This document shows positions 26,864 to 33,888 of a DNA stretch of 33,888 nt, piece after piece (position 1 is the first letter of the stretch; every line of letters starts with the position of its first letter). The notes below the pieces were generated by a model, which had not been told where the DNA came from, ran no database searches, and was given only the letters and a program-made list of their open reading frames with translations. Source of the DNA: an uncultured Acidobacteriota bacterium (lineage in GTDB: Bacteria > Acidobacteriota > UBA6911 > RPQK01 > JAPXNP01); the NCBI GenBank assembly GCA_963777605.1, contig CAVZRV010000023.1:1-33888 (forward strand), written 5' to 3'. Made by a program: the position numbers and the translations under genes.

Positions 26864-27280
26864 AAACTCTCCCGGAACTGGCTAAAGACTTCCGAAAGGA
26901 GGCCGGAGTTTCTCGAAGTCGAGGTTGTGGGGAGTTGCGGTGATGAGGAGAAGGCATTGCGACGCTGAGTAGGGGCTCCTGAAGGGATCGTACTATTCAG
27001 ACCAGGATTCAGCGCTCAAACGCAGAATCCGAGCGGGTGTCCCGCAACCGAATGCAGCCCTCGGGCCAAGTGTGGTTTCGGACCGAGTGTTTTGACCCAA
27101 GTCTTGCTTCAAGATCCAGGGCCGGTGATTGACCACGATGTGGGTTCATGCTCGCTTGGCTCGCGTTCTCACTGTTGCTCTTTCCGGTTGATCATCTGGA
27201 GCCCGCGGTGAGTGCTGCGATCACGCGGCCGTCGCGGGCGCTCCCTCCTCAGGAACCGCTGAAACGTCCGGCCACTGAAG

Positions 27281-29431
27281 CTAATGCCCCGCCAGAGGCA
27301 GCAGCACCCGGAAGGTGGTGCCCTTGCCGGGCTGGCTTTCGACCTCGATGCGGCCGCCGTGCTGCTCGACGATCATGCGGCTCTGGAAGAGGCCGATGCC
27401 CATGCCCTGGGGCTTGGTGGTTTGGAAGGGGTGGAAGAGGCGCTCCTCGATGAACTCGCGGGTCATGCCGCAGCCCCGGTCGCGGACTTCCAGGACGGCG
27501 TGGCCGCCGTGCGCGGAAGTGGTGACGGTGATTTGGGTTCCTGGTTCCTGGTTCCTGGTTCCGGGTTCGATGGTGCGGGCTTGCGCTTCCCGCTTCTCGC
27601 TTCCCGTTTCCCGTTTCCCGTTTCCCTCGAAGCCACCCGAAACCTCTGTCGCTTCCACCGCATTCAGAACAAGATTGACGACGACTTTCTTGAATTGATC
27701 GTTGTCGAGGCGGACCGGCGGGACCGGGTCGAGCCGGGATTCGACCGAGTCGCCGATCTGCGGGCGCAGTTCCGTCAGGACCTGGTTGACCAGGCTCGTG
27801 AGGTTGCCGGGCCGCAAGTGCATTTGGGGCTTCTCACGGATCAGGGCGAGCCGGCTGCACAGGCCCCGGATCTTCTCGACACTCTGGGTCATGGTCTTGA
27901 GGGCTTCCTGGCGGAACTCGGGGTTGTCGTAGTGGCGGGGGAAGTTCTGCACGGTCAGGGAGAGACGCGAGGCGAGGTTCTTGAGATCGTGGAGCACAAA
28001 GGCCGACATGTGCTGAAAGGCCTCCATTTCGGACACCTCCTGAAGCCGTTTCCCCAACCGAATGTTCATCAGAAAGGTCGCAGCCTGCTCGGTCAGCACC
28101 TCGAGGAGTTCGCGGTCTTCGAAACTCAGCGGCTTGCCCCGCAACCGGTCACCCAGAGTCAAAACGCCGACAAGTTCATCCTTGACTCTCAGCGGAAAGG
28201 CGTATGAAGAGGGTTCTTGATTTTCACCTCCGAGTTGACGGCTTTTCGCCTCCCCGCCCGATTCCTGCAACCCGAATCCCGCGATTCCGTTCCCGTCTCC
28301 AAACTGCGGTGGCTGCTCCGGCTCCGGCCGGGTCCCCGTCGACGCCAGAAGGCGCAGTCGCTGTCCGCCGCCGTCGGCCGCCCAGAGCGACACCGAAAGG
28401 CACTCCAGGGTGTCGGAAACAATCCGGATCACGGTGCGGGCGATCTCCCGCTCGTCGAAGGTGCCCGCAGTACCCCGGTTGAACTGGGTCCAGATGAATC
28501 GATACTCGTGGCTCGGACGGCGGAAATGGGTACGCGTCCAGCGCCGCAGGTCCTGCTTGGCGCTGTCCGAGAGGAGGACGGCCAGCACTGCGACAACGGC
28601 GACAAAGATGACGGCGTCGCCGATCTCGGAGGCCCAGCCGAGGGCGCGCAGAAAGTGCGCGATCACACCGACGGCAATCAGGTACCCTCCCACCCCCAGG
28701 ATTGTAATCGAGCCGCGCAGTGCGCTTTGGGAGACGTAGATGTCGATCTTGAAGAGGCCTCCCCGGCGCAGGGCCACGGCCGTCAGCAGTACCGCGGCGA
28801 TCAGGGCCCAGGCCTGAAGCCGGTCCAGGTCGGTGGGCCAGATGCGGTAGAGGACCGCGTGAGTGGCGGTGTAGATCCGCACGGCAAAAAAGCCGCCCAG
28901 ACCAAGGACTGCGAACTTGATCTGCCAGCGGACCCGTCCGAAGGAGGCCCGCAGGGTGCGCTCGAGGTTGGCGACGACCATCGTGAAGGAGACAATCAAA
29001 ACGACGTGAAACAAGTATCCGCGGATGCCAAGCGGAATGATCCAGCGCTGCGCGAGGATGTCCAAGTCGGGAGGATCCGCGAAGAACTGCCCCACTGGGA
29101 GCAAAAGCAGGAGCAGGGCCAGAGCCGAGCCGCTGACTGCCGGCAGGAAATCCCTGGGTCGGAGACGCTCCAGCCGGGCCCGGCCGTACGACCGGCTAAA
29201 GAATAGCCAGACGCCGGGGAGCAGGGCGGTTGCGATGAACCGAACGAACTCCCGGTTCAGCACATCCGAAGGAAGGACAGCAACCTCGCTCCAACCTGAG
29301 GCCAGCCGTTCCAGCCCCAGAAGTGCGAATCCGGCAGCGAGCAGGAGGCGATGCCTCAGTTCCCGGCTGATCAGCCCGGCGGCAGCGAGGAGAAAGGACA
29401 GGGCTGCGGAGATCAAGCAGAGCAAGGGCAT
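27281..29431 (-). CDS. prsK: PEP-CTERM system sensor histidine kinase
   Basis: Multi-TM N-terminus with NLERTLRAS...RWQIKF, GAF-like region, EAFQHMSAFVLHDLKN (H-box), RHYDNPEFRQ, NLVLNAVEA, DRGCGM..EFI..RLFHPFQTTK..GMGIGLFQS; adjacent to a sigma54 response regulator and PEP-CTERM genes. Confidence 0.9.
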   Translation of the reverse strand: MPLLCLISAALSFLLAAAGLISRELRHRLLLAAGFALLGLERLASGWSEVAVLPSDVLNREFVRFIATALLPGVWLFFSRSYGRARLERLRPRDFLPAVSGSALALLLLLLPVGQFFADPPDLDILAQRWIIPLGIRGYLFHVVLIVSFTMVVANLERTLRASFGRVRWQIKFAVLGLGGFFAVRIYTATHAVLYRIWPTDLDRLQAWALIAAVLLTAVALRRGGLFKIDIYVSQSALRGSITILGVGGYLIAVGVIAHFLRALGWASEIGDAVIFVAVVAVLAVLLSDSAKQDLRRWTRTHFRRPSHEYRFIWTQFNRGTAGTFDEREIARTVIRIVSDTLECLSVSLWAADGGGQRLRLLASTGTRPEPEQPPQFGDGNGIAGFGLQESGGEAKSRQLGGENQEPSSYAFPLRVKDELVGVLTLGDRLRGKPLSFEDRELLEVLTEQAATFLMNIRLGKRLQEVSEMEAFQHMSAFVLHDLKNLASRLSLTVQNFPRHYDNPEFRQEALKTMTQSVEKIRGLCSRLALIREKPQMHLRPGNLTSLVNQVLTELRPQIGDSVESRLDPVPPVRLDNDQFKKVVVNLVLNAVEATEVSGGFEGNGKRETGSEKREAQARTIEPGTRNQEPGTQITVTTSAHGGHAVLEVRDRGCGMTREFIEERLFHPFQTTKPQGMGIGLFQSRMIVEQHGGRIEVESQPGKGTTFRVLLPLAGH
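27536..27626. repeat. Two tandem heptamer arrays inside prsK
   Basis: GGTTCCT-type x5 (27536-27570) and G(C/T)TTCCC-type x6 (27585-27626). Confidence 0.85.
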
Positions 29432-29459
29432 GGTTCAAGTCGGATTGTAGCGAAATGCG

Positions 29460-29565
29460 GGGAAAGGGGAAATGGGAAGCGGGAGTCCTGGATTCCGAAT
29501 TCCGAATCCAGGATGAAAGAGCTGCCCAGTCGGCATTCGGGATTCTGGACTTGGCATTTGGAATT
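29460..29565. repeat. Degenerate heptamer arrays in the prsK-prsR intergenic region
   Basis: GGGAAAG GGGAAAT GGGAAGC GGGAGTC CTGGATT CCGAATT CCGAATC CAGGATG, then CGGCATT CGGGATT CTGGACT TGGCATT TGGAATT. Confidence 0.75.
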
Positions 29566-29638
29566 GAATTTGAAAAACTCTCCACAAAGTGGTCTTCTCA
29601 CCCGGATTTTCTGCCGATATTATTAGTTGACCGAGTAA

Positions 29639-31006
29639 ATGTCCAAGCAACCGGAAAAACCGACGATATTGATTGTGGACGACGACGAGGAGATTCGCTC
29701 CCAGATGAAGTGGGCGCTCCTCGACCAGTATCGAGTCCACGAGGCGGGAAGCCGGGAGGCGGCCGTAGAGTTGGTGAAGTCCCAGTCTCCGGCAGTCGTC
29801 TGCCTCGACCTGGGTCTGCCGCCGCAGCCGGCCGACGTTGAGGAAGGGTTCCAGGCCCTCGACGAGATCGTCTCAATCGATCACGACGTCAAGGTCGTGG
29901 TCATCACCGGCCAGGGCGAACGGGAGTTTGCGCTTCGGGCCATCGGGCAGGGTGCATACGATTTCTTCTCGAAGCCGATCGACATCGACATCTTGCGAGT
30001 TGTCCTTTCCCGGGCCTGCCACGTGTACGAGTTGGAGAAGGAACAGAGCCGGCTCAGGGCGAGCCGGGGCACCGAAGGCTTCGAGGGGATGATCGGGGCC
30101 AGTCCAGTCATTGAGGAGGTCTTCTCAATGATCCGAAAGGTGGCCAACAGCGGCGCCCCCGTCCTCCTCATCGGGGAGAGCGGCACCGGCAAGGAACTGG
30201 CCGCCCGCGCCATTCATCGCCGGTCGGCGCAGTCACGGGGCCCGTTCGTCCCAATCAACTGCGGCGCCATCCCCGAGAACCTCCTCGAGAGCGAGCTGTT
30301 CGGACACGAGAAGGGAGCTTTCACGGGGGCCCATGCCCAGCGGCCCGGCCAGATCGAGTCGGCCCGGGGTGGAACACTCTTCCTGGACGAAATCGGAGAA
30401 CTGCCGCTGCCACTTCAGGTCAAGCTCCTGCGCTTTCTTCAGGACGGCCAGATCCAGCGGGTCGGGGGCCGCCAACTGATCGACGTCGATGCCCGGATCG
30501 TCGCGGCGACTAATGTCGACATCGATGCTGCGCTCAAGGAGGGCCGGTTCCGCGAGGATCTCTACTACCGGTTGGCGGTCGTTTTGGTCACGATTCCGCC
30601 GCTCCGCGAGCGGGGCGAAGATATCCCGCTTCTGGCCAGCGCCTTTCTGCAGCGCTACGCGGAGGAGAACCGGCACAAAGTCACCGGGTTCAGCGTTGAG
30701 GCCCGGCGCGCGATCTCGGAGTACAACTGGCCCGGAAACGTCCGCGAGCTGGAGAACCGCGTCCGCCGGGCAGTGATCATGGCAGAGCAGCGTCGGGTTT
30801 CCTTACAGGACCTGGGACTGACCTCCAGCTATGCGCGCTACGAGTCCATGACGTTGCGGGAGGCGAGGGAGGCAGTGGAGCGAGAACTGGTCGAGGCGGC
30901 GTTGAGCCGGTCGGACGGAAACATGTCCCGTGCCGCCGAGGAACTCGGCATCAGCCGGCCGACGTTGTACGAGTTGATCGAGAAGCTGGGGATCGAAAGA
31001 ACCTAA
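29639..31006 (+). CDS. prsR: PEP-CTERM-box sigma54-dependent response regulator (REC-AAA+-HTH)
   Basis: [89 protein letters not shown]. Confidence 0.92.
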   Translation: MSKQPEKPTILIVDDDEEIRSQMKWALLDQYRVHEAGSREAAVELVKSQSPAVVCLDLGLPPQPADVEEGFQALDEIVSIDHDVKVVVITGQGEREFALRAIGQGAYDFFSKPIDIDILRVVLSRACHVYELEKEQSRLRASRGTEGFEGMIGASPVIEEVFSMIRKVANSGAPVLLIGESGTGKELAARAIHRRSAQSRGPFVPINCGAIPENLLESELFGHEKGAFTGAHAQRPGQIESARGGTLFLDEIGELPLPLQVKLLRFLQDGQIQRVGGRQLIDVDARIVAATNVDIDAALKEGRFREDLYYRLAVVLVTIPPLRERGEDIPLLASAFLQRYAEENRHKVTGFSVEARRAISEYNWPGNVRELENRVRRAVIMAEQRRVSLQDLGLTSSYARYESMTLREAREAVERELVEAALSRSDGNMSRAAEELGISRPTLYELIEKLGIERT

Positions 31007-31027
31007 GAGATCCAGGGTGCCCGATCC

Positions 31028-31066
31028 AAAAAAGCCCCGGCCCTGCGGAATAGTCAGGGCCGAGGC
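31028..31066 (-). terminator. Intrinsic terminator between convergent prsR and PEP-CTERM 3
   Basis: A6 then GCCCCGGCCCTG / CAGGGCCGAGGC stem; T-tract on the minus strand. Confidence 0.72.
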
Positions 31067-31095
31067 AACGAATCAAGTCGCTTGGAGGCTATTGG

Positions 31096-31776
31096 TTATC
31101 GTCTCCGGCGAGTCAGGCCCAGCCCGATGAGCCCAGTGCCAAGAAGAAGAAGCGAACCAGGCTCGGGCACGGTCGTCCAGTCCTGCGGCGAGGCATCTGG
31201 ATCGTTGGCCGGCATCCGCAAGTAGTTGGCATCGGCTCGGTTACTGGCATTCTTAATGTCGTCAAGCCAATCATCGGCCAAGCTGTTCACGGTAGAGGAG
31301 CTTGATTTGAAAGCTCCACTTCCAGTATTCCCAATGTCAGCCCAGTTTTCGAACAGGACTTTCCCAAATCGCAACCTGGAGGGCGGCGTATCCCGTATTT
31401 CCCTCGGCTGCCGCGTCACCCAGGTGGTTTCTCATCGCCACGCCGCCATCTGTCCCCTGGCGGACTGAGTGCCGTCCGTGATCACACCGTAACCGGTCCA
31501 ATTCACCATCGAGTCGTAAAGCACCGGGACCGGGCTGGTCGAGGCCCATTGGGTGATGTCGACACAAAACCCTCCCGTCGTGGATTTCCAAACGTCTGCG
31601 TCCGAGTAGATCTTGACCTCGTAAAGGCCAGCACCGACGTACTTGGAGGTTCCGTTGAAGGTGATCGTCAGATTGAGGCCCCCGATTCGATTTCCAATCG
31701 CAACCTTATCCGCCAACGCTGATGCGCACATCAATAGAGACAGCAAGAAGAATACCAACAAGAATTGTCGTTTCAT
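31096..31776 (-). CDS. PEP-CTERM surface protein 3 with thioester-domain-like motifs; two compensating frameshifts (about 31436 and 31361)
   Basis: Signal peptide in ORF 31432..31776 and VPEPGSLLLLGTGLIGLGLTRRRR in ORF 31096..31419 are in the same frame; the intervening segment reads MRNHLG...YAALQVAIW in the adjacent frame. Confidence 0.82.
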
Positions 31777-31897
31777 CGATCCATCAACTCCCTAATCCTT
31801 TAAGAAATAACTCCAACCACATCACAAAGGGATTTTCCTTCCCTTTGGACTGATGACCTCCTTGTCATCCAGGTAAACTCTCGTACTCCCGTAACGA

Positions 31898-31913
31898 AGC
31901 AAGTCCCATGCCA
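31898..31913 (-). promoter_or_regulatory. Sigma54 -24/-12 promoter
   Basis: Minus strand TGGCATGGGACTTGCT, near-consensus. Confidence 0.82.
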
Positions 31914-31940
31914 AACTCAGGCGAGCTGATGAGAATCCCG

Positions 31941-31953
31941 TAAAGCCTTGAAA
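31941..31953. promoter_or_regulatory. IHF-type site
   Basis: TAAAGCCTTGAAA, one mismatch to YAANNNNTTGATW, between the box and the sigma54 site. Confidence 0.45.
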
Positions 31954-31998
31954 AAAAGAGGAAGAAGCTCTCGGTCTTGGTGCAAAGTTCTCAAGATC

Positions 31999-32015
31999 TG
32001 TCGGGATACTTTACA
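31999..32015. promoter_or_regulatory. Putative PrsR enhancer box
   Basis: TGTCGGGATACTTTACA, about 85 bp upstream of the sigma54 site. Confidence 0.78.
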
Positions 32016-32057
32016 GCTATTGCGAACTCAGTCGCCCGCACGGAGTGTCTTTCACGG

Positions 32058-32672
32058 TTAGAATCGCCGCAGCACGCCAAGGCAGAGAAGCCCGATGCCC
32101 AGGGAGAAGAGTACGGTCGGTTCAGGGGTCTGGACGATGGTGTCGCCGGTTGTTCCAAAGAAAAACTGGGCATCGCTGAACTCGAGATGCTCCGCTTCTT
32201 CCAGTGCATCCGGAAGCTCCAGGTAGAAGGTTGCTGTCTGCAGGATAATCGGTTGGTGGGGCTCGTTCGTGATGCTCGAGTTCAATTTGCTCACGTTGGC
32301 AATGGCACCGGAACCGATGATTGTCTGATCGGGGGAGCTTGGGCCGAATCCGAGGGCGGTCAGCCCGTTCGAGCCGATACCCCAACCGTCGAGTTTGCCG
32401 AGGTAGGCGGGGTCGGAGGTCCTGAAATACTTCATCCAGGTCTTAACCTGGTCCTCTGGCTTGAAAATGCAATTGCTCAAATTATAGGACCCATTGATGG
32501 TCACTTGAACGACGCTCAGGTTCGAGCCGACCGAATAGGGCGAGAAATCGGCCACGTTGAGGTTGTTGGTGAGGACAATCTTGAGCAGGCCGCCCTCGAT
32601 GCTGAGAGCCGCGCCGGCGTCGGCCAACACGCCTCCGTTGACGGTGGTACCGGATGCCGAGAAGGTGGGAGT
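32058..32672 (-). pseudogene. PEP-CTERM surface protein 4, apparently lacking start and signal peptide
   Basis: C-terminal TPEPTVLFSLGIGLLCLGVLRRF; body starts TFSASG...LLKIVLTN; the frame stays open to 32822 but encodes no signal peptide and I see no RBS. Confidence 0.65.
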
Positions 32673-33089
32673 TCTACAGTCGCTTAAGTGATTAAGAATC
32701 AAAGCTTTAATCGCATTTTCTCGTAAACGGGGAAGTCCAACAATGAGCGCTCTTCCGCCCGCTTCAGAGGTGATGCCAGCTAGAACTGGGAAGAACGGGT
32801 AATAGTGTGAAGTTGGATTCACAATATGGCTCGTCCCGGAAGCTGGGCTGCTGAAGGCGTCTCCTTGGTGGAGAGGACAAGATCCAAGGCGGCTGGTTGG
32901 GGATCACGAGATCGGCGTCGGGTCGGCCCCTGAAGTGGCCGACCGGATGCACTCCTTTGCTGAAACCGGTGCAGCCGATAACCACGGAGATTCAGCGTCG
33001 TGTGACCGGCGCTTCCCTTCGCGGGTTTTGGGTACGGTGTCCTATCGGGTCGGGTGACACCGTTCGCGGAGACAAGCTGGAAGCTTTTC

Positions 33090-33887
33090 CTACCCTATTT
33101 CCGCGAGGGTGGTCCTTGCTTCGGCGACGCCGTCGAAGTTCTGCGACATCTCCAATGCCTTGCGGAGAGTTTGCTTGGCGTGGATCTGGTCGCCTTTCTT
33201 GAAATAGGCCATGCCGAGCCGGTAGTAGTGCTGCGCCTGAGGCTTACCCTGGTTGACGGAGAACTCGTACTGGTCCACCGCGAGCGTGTAGTTGCCCATC
33301 TTGTAGTAAATGAAGCCGAGAGTGTCGGCATAGTGCGCGTTCTGTCCGTCGATTTGTCGGGCCCGCTGGGCCAGGCTTAACGCCTCGGTCAGATCTTCGC
33401 CCCGGCTCGCAAGCAGCCAGGCCAGGTTGTTGGCCGCTGCCCCGTAACCCGCGCTGTCTTCGGGAAAGTACTGCAGGCTCTGGCGATAGAACGGAACCGC
33501 CTCGGCGCCTTTGCCCGAGGCATCCAGGTAGTAAGCCTTGAGGAGATAAGCCGGCGCAAACTGGTTGTTCTTGGCGATCAGATCGTCCACTTCCTTGATC
33601 GCCTCAGGCAGCTTGTTCTGGGCCATCATCAGTTCGCCCAACAACAGGTAGGGTTGATAGTTGTCGGGATTGTCGGCGACCGCCTCCCGAAGTTCTTTCT
33701 CCGCCTGGGCGTAGTCCCCCTTGGCCATGTAGACGCGGCCTTTCAGCACGAGATACGGCTGCTTATTCTCCGACTTGCTGGAAAACTGGTCCAACTCCCG
33801 AATCGCTTCGTCGAAACGTTTCTGCTGGACCAGAACAGCCACAAGGCTGTCGAGTACATCGGTGGCGTTCGGGAATTCGGCAAGGGC
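33090..33887 (-). CDS. prsT: TPR-repeat protein, PrsT-like (5'-truncated by window edge)
   Basis: Tandem TPRs ending AANNLAWLLA...ADTLGFIYYK.G...YYRLGMAY.K.G...A...LRKAL....F.G..EAR..L; PEP-CTERM/prsKR context. The symbol rests on context plus this C-terminal pattern. Confidence 0.75.
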   Translation of the reverse strand, partial: ALAEFPNATDVLDSLVAVLVQQKRFDEAIRELDQFSSKSENKQPYLVLKGRVYMAKGDYAQAEKELREAVADNPDNYQPYLLLGELMMAQNKLPEAIKEVDDLIAKNNQFAPAYLLKAYYLDASGKGAEAVPFYRQSLQYFPEDSAGYGAAANNLAWLLASRGEDLTEALSLAQRARQIDGQNAHYADTLGFIYYKMGNYTLAVDQYEFSVNQGKPQAQHYYRLGMAYFKKGDQIHAKQTLRKALEMSQNFDGVAEARTTLAEIG

Positions 33888-33888
33888 A

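Noticed and set aside
27284-29206. 307-aa and 329-aa plus-strand ORFs, and similarly 31977..32687
   Set aside because: Antisense to prsK or PEP-CTERM 4, with no independent coding evidence.
32806-32823. Palindrome TGTGAA-N6-TTCACA as a PrsR, CRP or Rex site
   Set aside because: Spacing fits none of them (one base longer than the PrsR boxes, two longer than CRP or Rex) and it is a single instance; may be a real operator but cannot be assigned.

Overview
GC-rich bacterial cell-surface locus; an Acidobacteriota- or deltaproteobacteria-like host is my inference only. (1) 1-10058 (+): glycan biosynthesis cluster with glycosyltransferases, wzt-wzm, an ATP-grasp enzyme, an epimerase, a metallophosphoesterase and rffA/wecE. 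(2) 10187-14987 (-): two secreted carbohydrate-active proteins sharing an unexplained C-terminal P-x-x-P-x-[NH]-L-R-[IV]-x4 tail. (3) 15395-21251 (+): sigma54-type operon with an hddA-like kinase, two tandem Wza/SLBB export proteins and a spermidine-synthase-like membrane protein. (4) 21676-33888: PEP-CTERM island with four PEP-CTERM genes, divergent prsK/prsR and a partial prsT-like TPR gene. Six copies of a 17-bp TGTCG-N-ACA box and four sigma54 -24/-12 sites can be read directly from the sequence. The island also holds a decayed REP-associated tyrosine transposase flanked by inverted REP-like repeats. One repeat is split by a complete group II intron with non-canonical GCGCG...AG ends and a compensating C-G gamma pair. 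At least seven small indels break five genes, most likely consensus sequencing errors; two of them hide a thioester-domain-like motif in a PEP-CTERM protein. All calls are by eye and no database searches were run.
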